NCBI GenBank assembly: GCA_964576115.1
Contig: CAZNUA010000006.1
Coordinates: 62,001-126,000, forward strand
Source of the DNA: an uncultured Gemmatimonadota bacterium
Lineage (GTDB): Bacteria > Blakebacterota > Blakebacteria > Blakebacterales > Blakebacteraceae
Direction of reading: 5' to 3'
Length of the DNA stretch: 64,000 nt
The notes under the pieces are model-generated. The model was not told the DNA's origin and made no database searches. It worked only from the letters and a program-made list of their open reading frames with translations. The translations under genes and the position numbers were made by a program. Shown piece after piece: positions 25,534 to 34,864 of the stretch (the first letter of the stretch is position 1; each line of letters opens with the position of its first letter).

Positions 25534-27440
25534 CTTTTTTCGCGTCCCTTCCCCAGGCGCTTTTTCTTCATGCTGTTCGAGAACTCCCGCGTCCGGCGGG
25601 CAATACTCTCCGGATCGAGACCGACTTCGCTGAACAGGATATCAATCGTGCCGTGGGTGATGAAAGCGTCGGGTAGACCGAGCAGAAGGGTACGGACAGA
25701 GGACTGCCCCGACTCGCTCAGGTATTCGAGAACACCGGCCCCGAAACCGCCCCGGATGCTGTTTTCCTCCAGGGTGACGATTGTCCCGATCTCGCCGGCC
25801 AGGCGATCGATGAGAGCGGTGTCGAGAGGTTTCACGAACCGGGCGTTGGCGACGGTGGCTTCAATCCCCTCGGTCGCAAGCAGGTCGGCCGCCTCCAGAG
25901 CCCGTCCCACCATGCGGCCGACGGCCAGCAGGGCGATATCACTCCCTTCGCGCAGGATCACCCCCTGACCGATCGGCAGGGGGCGGGGTTCGGGATCGAT
26001 TGTGACCCCTTCTCCGGCTCCGCGTGGGTAGCGCAAAGCAATCGGACCATCCTCATACAACACTCCGGTACGGATCATGCGACGCAGTTCGTTTTCGTCG
26101 GCGGCGGCCATCACCACCAGGTTCGGCACGACCCGCATATACGAGAGATCGAAGGTGCCGTGATGGGTGGGGCCGTCGTCACCGACCAGACCGCCCCGGT
26201 CGAGACAGAAAAACACATTCAGATTCTGCAGGGCGACATCGTGAATTATCTGGTCGAAACCGCGCTGCAGGAAGGTCGAATAGATGACACAGACAGGCTT
26301 CATGCCGCCGGCTGCCAGACCTGCCGAAAAACAGACGGCGTGGCCTTCAGCGATACCGACATCGTAGAACCGCTCGGGCATCTCCTCGGCCAGGTAATCG
26401 AGTCCGGTCCCGTTCGGCATGGCCCCGGTGATGCCGACGATGCGCTCGTCCCGCCGGCACTCCTCAACCAGCCCCTGACCGAAAACCTTGTGATAGGCGG
26501 GCGGCCCGTTCTTCTTTTTTCCCTCACCGGTGATCTTGTCGAAGGCGCCGGTGCCGTGGAAGCCGCAGGCATCATCTTCGGCCGGCTGATAGCCCCGCCC
26601 TTTTACGGTCTTGATATGCAGCAGCTTGGGACCGTTGATCTTGCGGATATCCTGCAGGTGGCGGATCAGGTTGTCGATGTCGTGACCGTCCACCGGACCG
26701 AAGTACCGCAGGCCGAGGCGTTCGAAAATCAGTCCGGGAGTGAGCAGGTTCTTGATACTTTCATCCAGTTTGTGCACCGTCGTACGGACCGTCTTGCCCA
26801 GCGGGAGCTTGCCGGTGGTTTCCCAGATCAGATTCTTGGCTTTGTTGTAAAGCGGGTTCGAGATGGCGGTGGTGAAGTACTCGTGGATCGCTCCGACATT
26901 GGGCGCGATCGACATGTCGTTGTCGTTCAGGACGATCAGCAGATCCGAACCCGAGGTCCCGACGTTGTTGAGCCCTTCGAAAGCGAGACCGCCCGTCATG
27001 GCGCCGTCGCCGATGACGGCGATCACGGCGTTCTCCTCGCCCCGGTGATCGCGGGCCCGGGCCAATCCCAAAGCGGCCGAGATGGCGGTCGAGGCATGGC
27101 CGGCGCCGAAGGGATCGTACTCGCTCTCCTGCCGGTTGGTGTACCCCGAAAGACCCCCGTACTGGCGGATCGAAGGAAACCTGTCCCGCCTCCCGGTCAG
27201 CAGTTTGTGCACGTAGCTCTGGTGGCTGACGTCCCAGACGATTTGATCTCTCGGGGAATCGAAAACGACATGCAGAGCGATCGTCAGTTCGACGATACCC
27301 AGGTTGGGGGCCAGGTGGCCGCCGGTCGTGCAGAGAACTTCGACCAGTCGCTCCCTGATCTCTTCTGCCAGGGTGTTGCGCTCCTCGGCCGAGAGCTTCT
27401 TCAGATCGGCCGGGGAGTCGATGCTGTTCAGGAGTGACAT
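25530..27440 (-). CDS. dxs: 1-deoxy-D-xylulose-5-phosphate synthase
   Basis: 'GGHLAPNLG', 'WDVSHQSY', 'GDGAMTGG', 'DVGIAE', 'DGPTHHG'; AGGAGGTG SD. Confidence 0.98.
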   Translation of the reverse strand: MSLLNSIDSPADLKKLSAEERNTLAEEIRERLVEVLCTTGGHLAPNLGIVELTIALHVVFDSPRDQIVWDVSHQSYVHKLLTGRRDRFPSIRQYGGLSGYTNRQESEYDPFGAGHASTAISAALGLARARDHRGEENAVIAVIGDGAMTGGLAFEGLNNVGTSGSDLLIVLNDNDMSIAPNVGAIHEYFTTAISNPLYNKAKNLIWETTGKLPLGKTVRTTVHKLDESIKNLLTPGLIFERLGLRYFGPVDGHDIDNLIRHLQDIRKINGPKLLHIKTVKGRGYQPAEDDACGFHGTGAFDKITGEGKKKNGPPAYHKVFGQGLVEECRRDERIVGITGAMPNGTGLDYLAEEMPERFYDVGIAEGHAVCFSAGLAAGGMKPVCVIYSTFLQRGFDQIIHDVALQNLNVFFCLDRGGLVGDDGPTHHGTFDLSYMRVVPNLVVMAAADENELRRMIRTGVLYEDGPIALRYPRGAGEGVTIDPEPRPLPIGQGVILREGSDIALLAVGRMVGRALEAADLLATEGIEATVANARFVKPLDTALIDRLAGEIGTIVTLEENSIRGGFGAGVLEYLSESGQSSVRTLLLGLPDAFITHGTIDILFSEVGLDPESIARRTREFSNSMKKKRLGKGREKR

Positions 27441-27560
27441 GGCGCTGCGAACACCTCCTCGGGGAAATCCCGTCCACTTACCACCCAACCCTCCGGGGCG
27501 AGGTGACCGTTTCTGCTTCGAAAAATGCGTTCGTGCCCGGTCGGCGTTTCCAACCGATCA

Positions 27561-28436
27561 CTACATAACGCGCTGAACGACAAAATCCGCGAGCAGAGTA
27601 AAAATGATAGCCTCGCGTTCGGGGAGCACCAATCCGTTTTTCGCCTCTTCGATGAGTCCCAGAGCCGTTTTGCGTGCCTCGTCGAGCCCATGAACGCGCG
27701 GCCAGGTGTTTTTTTCTCGTTCGCGATCGGCCCCGGCGGTTTTCCCCAGCACCCTGGTGTCACCGGTTTCATCCAGCACATCGTCCACGATCTGGAAAGC
27801 CAGACCGACCTTCTCCCCGAAGGCCTGGACACGGTCGAGTTCCTCGGGCCGGACGTCCCCCAGAGCGGCCCCCGCTTTCAGACTGACGGTGATGAGAGCG
27901 CCGGTTTTGCGGGTGTGGATATACGTCAGATCTTCGTGTGTTATGTCCTGCCCCTCGAGCCGGATGTCGGCAACCTGCCCGCCGATCATACCCGGCGTTC
28001 CCGTAGCCCGGGCGATCGAGGCCACGATATGAGCCGGAGCCGCATGCGCGATAACTTCGAAAGCCAGGGCGTAGAGGGCGTCACCGGCCAGAACCGCGAT
28101 GCCTTCGTCGAAGGCTCTGTGCAGAGTCGGTTTGCCCCGGCGCAGATCGTCATCGTCCATACAGGGCAGATCGTCGTGAATCAACGAATAGGTATGGATC
28201 ATCTCGATTCCGCAGGCCAGGTCGAGCAGCGCAACGGGGGGGGCGTTGAACATCCGGCCGGCGGCAATCACCAGAGCGGGACGGAACCGCTTGCCGCCGG
28301 CAAAGACACTATAGTTCATGGCCTCATGGATGTAATCGGCACGTTCTTCAGGCGGGCGGAGCAGGATTTCGAGACGCTCGTTACAGATCTCTTTGACTTC
28401 GGTCAGGAAAGCTGTCAGATCGAGAGTCTCGTTCAC
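27561..28436 (-). CDS. ispA: Polyprenyl (farnesyl/geranylgeranyl) diphosphate synthase
   Basis: 'GGKRFRP', 'HDDLPCMDDDDLRRG', 'FQIVDDVLD'; GTG start just after the xseB stop. Confidence 0.95.
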   Translation of the reverse strand: MNETLDLTAFLTEVKEICNERLEILLRPPEERADYIHEAMNYSVFAGGKRFRPALVIAAGRMFNAPPVALLDLACGIEMIHTYSLIHDDLPCMDDDDLRRGKPTLHRAFDEGIAVLAGDALYALAFEVIAHAAPAHIVASIARATGTPGMIGGQVADIRLEGQDITHEDLTYIHTRKTGALITVSLKAGAALGDVRPEELDRVQAFGEKVGLAFQIVDDVLDETGDTRVLGKTAGADREREKNTWPRVHGLDEARKTALGLIEEAKNGLVLPEREAIIFTLLADFVVQRVM

Positions 28437-28437
28437 C

Positions 28438-28698
28438 TCACGACTCCTCTTTCTCGTCGAACGGCTCGGTCCGGACCTGTCCGTCCTCGGCCGCCTTGAG
28501 CAACACCTCGACCCGCTCACGGGCTTCTTCCAACTGCCCCTGACACGATCGAGCCAGCTCGATCCCCTCTTCGAACAGCTTCAGCGATTCTTCGAGCGGC
28601 GCCTCGCCCCGTTCGAGACTTTCCACGATCTCTTCGAGTCTGGCGATCCGCTCTTCGAAACTGGCCGGCTCCTCTTTCCGGCTCTGATTGCCGCTCAT
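28438..28698 (-). CDS. xseB: Exodeoxyribonuclease VII small subunit
   Basis: 'SFEERIARLEEIVESLE..LEESLKLFEEG'. Confidence 0.96.
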   Translation of the reverse strand: MSGNQSRKEEPASFEERIARLEEIVESLERGEAPLEESLKLFEEGIELARSCQGQLEEARERVEVLLKAAEDGQVRTEPFDEKEES

Positions 28699-30125
28699 GT
28701 GTCCGCCTCCTTCCCGGTCGCTCTGTCGTTTCCGTTGACTGTCTCGTCGAGTCGTTGATGATCGAGACCGGGACCCCGGCCCTCGACCGTAACGGCCAGA
28801 CTGCCGCGGTGCACCAGGATCTCGAGGTGTTCCCCCTTCCCCGCCTCGTCGGCCGCACGAACGATCGTGCCGTCGACGGGTCGCCGGATAATGGCATATC
28901 CCCGGGCCAGAGTACCGACCGGACCGAGCGCGTCGGCCGTGCGGCGCAGTTCGGTCAACCGGGCGGCAGCCTGGTCCAGCCTGGTGCGGGGCAGCAGAAG
29001 GAGCCGCGAGCGAGCATCGGCCAGTCTTTCACGGGCCACCTCGAGCCGATGTCGCAGGCCTACCGGCAGGCGTCGCAGAGAATCATCGAGCCGCTGGATC
29101 TGCTCGCGGATGAACAGACTCATCTGCTGAAAACCGTGCGCCCGACCGAACCAGCGTACCCGCTGGGCCAGTTCGCCCACCCGCCGGCTCACAGCGGCCG
29201 CCATCCGGTCGTTGAGCTCGCGTATGCGGGCCTGCGTTTCAGCCGCCGGCCAGGCCACGTGTTCGGCTGCAGCACTCGGAGTGGGCAGACGCAGATCGGC
29301 CACCAGATCGCTGATCGTCCAGTCGATCTCGTGTCCCACGGCCGATATCACAGGCAGGGGGCAGGCATGAATGGCCCGGGCCACACTCTCTTCATTGAAG
29401 GGCCAGAGGTCCTCGATGCTCCCGCCTCCCCGGGTGAGGACGACGCAGTCCAGATCGGGCACGCGGGCAAGAGAGTCGAGGGCCGAGACGATCTGGGCGG
29501 CAGCTTCGGCCCCCTGCACTGCTGCCGGAGCGATGAGGATTGTCACGGCCGGATTGCGCCGGGCGGTAATCTGCAGGAAATCGCGCAGGGCCGCCGCCTG
29601 CAGGCTGGTGACGACCCCGACCCGGAAAGGCCAGAGGGGTACCGGCTGCTTGGCGTCTTCATCGAACAGACCCTCGGCGCCGAGACGCTGTTTGAGCTGC
29701 TGAAAAGCCAGCTCCAGGTCGCCGACTCCGGCCGGTTTGAGGCTGCGGATCACGAGCTGGAAAGCACCCCGACGGGTATACAGCGTCGCTTCCGCCTCGA
29801 CGAGGACTTTCATTCCGTCTTCGAGATCGAAGCGGATGGTGTCAAGGGTTTCGGGCCAGATGACGATGCCGACTTCGGCCTCGGCGTCCTTCAACGTACC
29901 GTAAACCCTGCGCCAGCCGCCCGAACGGTAATACCGTGTCCCGCTCAGTTCGCCTTCGACCCAGACGGTACCGACGGTGTCCTGCAGCAGGCCGTTGACC
30001 CGCCGGTTGAGTTCACCGACGCTCAGGACCTCCGGTCCGGTCTCTGAATCGGGCCCGGAGCGGTCCTCAGCGACTCTCCGATCGTCTGAGAAATCGAAGA
30101 GTGAGTTCTGCTCCGGTCCGGGCAT
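28695..30125 (-). CDS. xseA: Exodeoxyribonuclease VII large subunit
   Basis: 'VWVEGELS', 'RGGGSIEDLWPFN', 'SAVGHEID', 'PTPSAAAE'. Confidence 0.97.
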   Translation of the reverse strand: MPGPEQNSLFDFSDDRRVAEDRSGPDSETGPEVLSVGELNRRVNGLLQDTVGTVWVEGELSGTRYYRSGGWRRVYGTLKDAEAEVGIVIWPETLDTIRFDLEDGMKVLVEAEATLYTRRGAFQLVIRSLKPAGVGDLELAFQQLKQRLGAEGLFDEDAKQPVPLWPFRVGVVTSLQAAALRDFLQITARRNPAVTILIAPAAVQGAEAAAQIVSALDSLARVPDLDCVVLTRGGGSIEDLWPFNEESVARAIHACPLPVISAVGHEIDWTISDLVADLRLPTPSAAAEHVAWPAAETQARIRELNDRMAAAVSRRVGELAQRVRWFGRAHGFQQMSLFIREQIQRLDDSLRRLPVGLRHRLEVARERLADARSRLLLLPRTRLDQAAARLTELRRTADALGPVGTLARGYAIIRRPVDGTIVRAADEAGKGEHLEILVHRGSLAVTVEGRGPGLDHQRLDETVNGNDRATGKEADT

Positions 30126-30128
30126 CGC

Positions 30129-31016
30129 TCAGGCAGATCCGCTTTGTTGCTTGGCTGCTTCGAGGGTGTTGACCATCAGCATGGTAATGGTCATCGGCCC
30201 GACTCCGCCGGGGACCGGAGTGATGGCCGAGACGATCTCCCTGGCCGCTTCGAATTCCACATCTCCGACCAGACGCCAACCCCGCTCGCGGCTGTCATCG
30301 TCGACCCGGTTGGTTCCCACATCGATGACGACCGCACCGGGAGACAGCCAGTCGGCCTTGATGAACTCGGGGCTGCCGATGGCGGCGATGACGATTTCTC
30401 CCTGTCGCACGATCTCGGGCAGATCACGGGTGCGGCTGTGGCAGACCGTGACGGTGGCATTGGCTCGATCGTTTTTCTGCACCAGCAGATTGGCCACCGG
30501 CTTGCCGACGATGTTGCTCCGGCCCACGATCACCACGTGCTTGCCGGCGGGCGGGTTTTGGCTCCGGTGCAGCAATTCGACGATACCGGCCGGAGTGCAG
30601 GGAGCGAAGCGGGTCTGTCCGACCATCATCGAGCCCACGTTGAAGGGATGAAAGCCGTCTACATCCTTGGCGGGATCGATCAGCAGGAGAACTTTCTGCG
30701 AATCGATGTGATCGGGCAGAGGCAGCTGCACCAGAATGCCGTGCACGTCGGGGTCGGCGTTGAGTTTTTCGATCGTCGCCAGCAGTTCTGCCTCGGGCAT
30801 GTCCTCGTCGTACTCGAGGGCGATCGAGTTCATTCCCAGTTCGGCGCAGGCTTTCTTTTTCATCCCCACGTAGGTATGGCTCGCCGGATCGGCTCCGACC
30901 AGAACCGTCGCCAGACCCGGTGTGATTCCCCGTTCGGTGAGGGCTTCGGCCTCCCTGGCGACTTCCTGCCTGATGTCAGCGGCGATCTGCTTGCCATCGA
31001 TGATCGTGGCGCTCAT
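30129..31016 (-). CDS. folD: Methylenetetrahydrofolate dehydrogenase/cyclohydrolase
   Basis: 'HGILVQLPLP', 'KDVDGFHP', 'GRSNIVGKP', 'TPVPGGVGPMT'. Confidence 0.98.
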   Translation of the reverse strand: MSATIIDGKQIAADIRQEVAREAEALTERGITPGLATVLVGADPASHTYVGMKKKACAELGMNSIALEYDEDMPEAELLATIEKLNADPDVHGILVQLPLPDHIDSQKVLLLIDPAKDVDGFHPFNVGSMMVGQTRFAPCTPAGIVELLHRSQNPPAGKHVVIVGRSNIVGKPVANLLVQKNDRANATVTVCHSRTRDLPEIVRQGEIVIAAIGSPEFIKADWLSPGAVVIDVGTNRVDDDSRERGWRLVGDVEFEAAREIVSAITPVPGGVGPMTITMLMVNTLEAAKQQSGSA

Positions 31017-31831
31017 TCATCCACCCCTTCCGCTTCGTTGTCGGAAAAAGCTGTGCGTTCAAAGTGCCTGATGATCCCGGTCGCCAGGCCGGTGGACTCG
31101 TCGATTTCGAGTGTCACGGCACAGAAAACCGGATTTTTCCTGGCGGTCTGAAAACGGTGCGGGATGCCGAGGGTGAACCGGGCCAGAGCATCCTCAACCC
31201 TGACGCCGATTACCGAATCCCAGGCCCCCGTCATGCCGGTATCGGTAATGTAGGCCGTCCCTCCCGGCAGGATTCTGGCATCGGCAGTCTGGACATGCGT
31301 GTGCGTTCCAACCACGGCCGCCACCCGTCCATCGACGTACCAGCCGAAGGCGACCTTCTCACTGGTCGCTTCGGCATGGAAATCGACGATCACAGCATCG
31401 CTCTGATCTCTGACGTCTTCGATGATTGCATCGGCAGTCCGGAAGGGATCGTCGAGCCCGCCCATGAAAACCCGCCCCTGCAGGTTGATGATCGATACGC
31501 GGGCTCCGTTGCGCGCTTTACCGCGCCAAAATCCGTTCCCGGGAACTCCCGGGGGATAATTGGCCGGACGCAGAGCCCGGGTTTCGCTGTTGAGCCAGGG
31601 CAGGCTCTCTTTGCGATCGAAGGTATGGTTGCCGCCGGTCAGGACTCCTATGCCCAGGTCGAAAAGCTGGCCGGCGATCTTCTCGGTCAAACCGAAACCC
31701 CCGGCGGAGTTCTCTCCATTGGCCACCACCAGGTCGAAGGTTTCCGCACCGCCGTGCTTTTCCAGCCAGCTGGCGGCCGCCCGGCGCCCGGTCCGCCCGA
31801 TGATGTCGCCAATGAAGAGTATGCGGGTCAT
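31013..31831 (-). CDS. ymdB: TIGR00282/YmdB-family metallophosphoesterase
   Basis: 'GDIIG', 'NGENSAGG', 'GNH', 'DFHAEATSEK', 'GTHTHV', 'TDTGMTG'. Confidence 0.95.
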   Translation of the reverse strand: MTRILFIGDIIGRTGRRAAASWLEKHGGAETFDLVVANGENSAGGFGLTEKIAGQLFDLGIGVLTGGNHTFDRKESLPWLNSETRALRPANYPPGVPGNGFWRGKARNGARVSIINLQGRVFMGGLDDPFRTADAIIEDVRDQSDAVIVDFHAEATSEKVAFGWYVDGRVAAVVGTHTHVQTADARILPGGTAYITDTGMTGAWDSVIGVRVEDALARFTLGIPHRFQTARKNPVFCAVTLEIDESTGLATGIIRHFERTAFSDNEAEGVDE

Positions 31832-31841
31832 ACCGTCGCCG

Positions 31842-32123
31842 TCATTTCTCCACCAGCCCTTCAGCGAGCCGATCGCTCAGCCTCCCGAGCCGCCGGTCGA
31901 GCTCTCCGCTCAGGTCACCCTGCTCCGAACGAAGGGTGAAGAGCTCGTCGGTTATGTTCAAAGCCGCCAGGATAGCCACCTTGGTGGTGGACTTGACCGA
32001 GAGGCTGTCGGCGACCTCCTTCATTTTTCCGTCCACGTACCGGGCGACTTCCTCGATATACCCGGCCTCGGCCTCACCCTTGACCGGGTACTCGGTACCG
32101 TAGATGTTCACCTTTACGCTCAT
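31842..32123 (-). CDS. zapA: Cell division protein ZapA
   Basis: 'VKVNIYGTEY', 'VARYVDGKM', 'AILAALNITDEL'. Confidence 0.93.
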   Translation of the reverse strand: MSVKVNIYGTEYPVKGEAEAGYIEEVARYVDGKMKEVADSLSVKSTTKVAILAALNITDELFTLRSEQGDLSGELDRRLGRLSDRLAEGLVEK

Positions 32124-32395
32124 CAGAGTGTCTCCAGCCTGGCCAGAACGTGATTGAGCCGACTCTGGATCTCTTCCCTTTTCCGGCGGTAGCGGATGTC
32201 CAGGTCCTTGGCCGAGGTGTCGATCTTCGCCTGCATGCGGTCGATGGCAGTCGTTTGCTCCTCGAGGGCCGCCTCGAGCTCATCGATCTGTCCGCTCAGA
32301 TCGCTCCGTTCATGACGCAGCTGGTCGAGCTGCTCGAGCAGGGCGTCGACCTGTTTCTCCAGCGTCTCCAGAACCGTGATCTTCGGTTTTGCCAC
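32123..32395 (-). CDS. ZapB-like coiled-coil protein
   Basis: Heptad coiled coil in the usual pheT-zapA position; TGATG coupling to zapA. Confidence 0.75.
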   Translation of the reverse strand: MAKPKITVLETLEKQVDALLEQLDQLRHERSDLSGQIDELEAALEEQTTAIDRMQAKIDTSAKDLDIRYRRKREEIQSRLNHVLARLETL

Positions 32396-32433
32396 GTCTC
32401 AACCTCTGGTGGGGGTGACTCCCGAATCCCGGC

Positions 32434-34863
32434 TCAGGTTCTGAGCCGGGCGCCGAAATCCGCTTCACATGCTTTAACCACTTTCTTGTGTAATGTATCT
32501 ATCTCCTTATCAGACAGTGTATTCTCCTTGTCCCGATAACGCATATTGATCAACACTCCGGTCATCCCTTCCGGGATCTGCTCCCCGGCGTACTCGTCGA
32601 ACAAACGGGCACTCTCCACCCGCGGTATGGATTCCAGACGAGCCAGCAGGGTACCGATGCCGACTCCGGCCGGTACGATCAGCGACAGATCGCGATCGCT
32701 GGCCGGGTGGCGCGTCAGACCCTGGTACCGTCGAACGGTCCCGTACAGAGACTCGAGCCGTGCCAGAGGGAAGGCAAAGAACCAGACCTCGCCCTCCAGA
32801 TCGAAGGCCTGGTTCCATTCACGGGCCAGTCGACCAGCCATACCGGCCTCGAACCGGCGGGGTTGTTCCCCGTCTTCATCGGTACCCGAGACCTCGGGTT
32901 TCTCCCATCGCAACCCGACCCCGGTGCCCGGTGCACATCCGGGTACGGTCGCGGGAACGAGTTCGGGGTTCGTAATGTCGAGAGCCCGCCAGAGAGCCGT
33001 CAGCAGACCGCTCAGATCGGCGAAATCGAACCTGGCTTCCGGATCGGGCCAGCGTTCGGCCAGACGGAAACCGGTCAAGGCCGCCATGACCCATTCCTCT
33101 TCGAGCGGTTGCCCCCCGGCCACATTGTGCACCATGCCGATCTCGAACAGGCGGACGTCTTCGGCCTGCCGGCGCTGATTGTATCCCACGGTGCGCAGCA
33201 CGCCGGGTGCCAGATCGCGACGGAGTTCAGACGAATCCTCGCCCAGAGGATTCAGGAGCACAACCGGTTCGGTTTCCGGCCGCAACGGTGCCGGGGCCCC
33301 CTTCTCGAGCCGGGAGTCGGTAACGATTTCCCACAGCCCGAGACCGACCAGGGTGTCGCGCACATGTTCGCGCAGGCGCTGAAGCCGGGTCGGACCGGAC
33401 GGGGCACCGCCGCTGATGCGATCATCGCTCCCCACCTGGTCGTATCCGATCACCCGGGCGATTTCCTCGCCCAGGTGAGCCTCGCCCTCGATATCGGGCC
33501 GCCAGGGCGGTACGGTGACCTGCCACCGGTCGTTCTGATCTTCTGTTTGGATTCCAAACCCGAGCCCGGTCAGGATCGAGGTCATGTCTTCAGGCTCGAT
33601 CCGCACGCCGAGCAGGGCGTCGATCCACTCGGTGCGCATGACCATGACTCGCCGCTGGTCGAGTCCGGGTGAGACCGCTTCCACCACTCCGGGCGCGACG
33701 GTTCCGCCCGCCAGTTCGGCCATCAGAGCCGCCGCACGATCGGCGGTGCGAGCCGTCAGGGTCGGATCTGTGCCCCGTTCAAAGCGGGTGCGGCTGTCGG
33801 AGAGAAGACCGAGCCGGCTGCCGCCGATGCGGATCCGGACCGGGTCGAAATGAGCGCTCTCAAGCAGGATATCGGTCGTCCCGTCATCGACCTGGGATTC
33901 CCGTCCCCCCATGATACCGGCCACTGCCAGCGCCCCATCGCCGTCGGTGATCAGCAGGATCTCGGGATCGAGTTTCCGCGTCTGTTCGTCGAGGGTCATC
34001 AGATGCTCCCCGGCCCCGGCCCGACGCACCACGATCCTTCCTCCCCCCACCCGGGCCAGGTCGAAAACGTGCTGGGGCTGCCCGAACTCGATCATGATCA
34101 GGTTGGTGATGTCGACAATGCTGTTGATGGGACGCAGGCCGACACTGCGCAGCCGGCCAGCCAGCCAGGCCGGACTCGTGCCGACCGTCACACCCCTGAT
34201 CAGCCGGGCTGAATACCGCGGGCAGTCGTCGAGATCGGCTACTTCGACAGAGATCTCATCGGCCGCCGGCGAACCGCTCTCGATCACGTCGTGGTTCCAT
34301 TCGGCCAGCGGCAGGGAGTAAAGGGCGGCGACTTCGCGGGCCAGGCCGTAAATCGACAGGGCATCGGGGCGATTGGGAGGCACATCGATGTCGAGAATGT
34401 CATCCTCGAGACCGGCCCAGGCGGCGAATGGCTCACCCAGGGGGGCATCGGGCGGCAGGACCATGATCCCCGCTGCGTCCTCACCCGTTTCGAGTTCGGC
34501 TTCCGAGCAGATCATCCCGTGGGATTCCTGACCCCTGATCTTGACCCGTTTCAGCTTCATTCCTCCGGGCAGAACACTCCCCACCGGGGCAAAGGGAACC
34601 CTCTGCCCCGCAGCAACATTGGGAGCCCCGCAGACAACGCGGGTCGGTTCTCCTCCGGTCGTCACGGTACAGAGCGAGAGGGTATCGGCATCGGGATGGG
34701 GCTCAACGCTCAGAACCTCGCCGATGGTGATGCCCTGGTAGGCTTCACCCGGACGCAGGATCTCCTCGACCTCGAGGCCGGCTACGGTCAGGCGTTCGGC
34801 CAGTTGTGAAGCGTCGGCCTCGCAGTCGACGTACTCCCGCAACCAGCTCAGAGGTAATCTCAT
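32434..34863 (-). CDS. pheT: Phenylalanine-tRNA ligase beta subunit
   Basis: 'LSWLREYV', 'CGAPN', 'PNRPDALS', 'RFERG', 'RDLSLIV'; ATG 34863. Confidence 0.97.
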   Translation of the reverse strand: MRLPLSWLREYVDCEADASQLAERLTVAGLEVEEILRPGEAYQGITIGEVLSVEPHPDADTLSLCTVTTGGEPTRVVCGAPNVAAGQRVPFAPVGSVLPGGMKLKRVKIRGQESHGMICSEAELETGEDAAGIMVLPPDAPLGEPFAAWAGLEDDILDIDVPPNRPDALSIYGLAREVAALYSLPLAEWNHDVIESGSPAADEISVEVADLDDCPRYSARLIRGVTVGTSPAWLAGRLRSVGLRPINSIVDITNLIMIEFGQPQHVFDLARVGGGRIVVRRAGAGEHLMTLDEQTRKLDPEILLITDGDGALAVAGIMGGRESQVDDGTTDILLESAHFDPVRIRIGGSRLGLLSDSRTRFERGTDPTLTARTADRAAALMAELAGGTVAPGVVEAVSPGLDQRRVMVMRTEWIDALLGVRIEPEDMTSILTGLGFGIQTEDQNDRWQVTVPPWRPDIEGEAHLGEEIARVIGYDQVGSDDRISGGAPSGPTRLQRLREHVRDTLVGLGLWEIVTDSRLEKGAPAPLRPETEPVVLLNPLGEDSSELRRDLAPGVLRTVGYNQRRQAEDVRLFEIGMVHNVAGGQPLEEEWVMAALTGFRLAERWPDPEARFDFADLSGLLTALWRALDITNPELVPATVPGCAPGTGVGLRWEKPEVSGTDEDGEQPRRFEAGMAGRLAREWNQAFDLEGEVWFFAFPLARLESLYGTVRRYQGLTRHPASDRDLSLIVPAGVGIGTLLARLESIPRVESARLFDEYAGEQIPEGMTGVLINMRYRDKENTLSDKEIDTLHKKVVKACEADFGARLRT

Positions 34864-34864
34864 C

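Noticed and set aside
32428-32450. Selenocysteine or readthrough signal at the pheT UGA
   Set aside because: The UGA lies within the 3' arm of the stem rather than upstream of it, and PheT is already complete.
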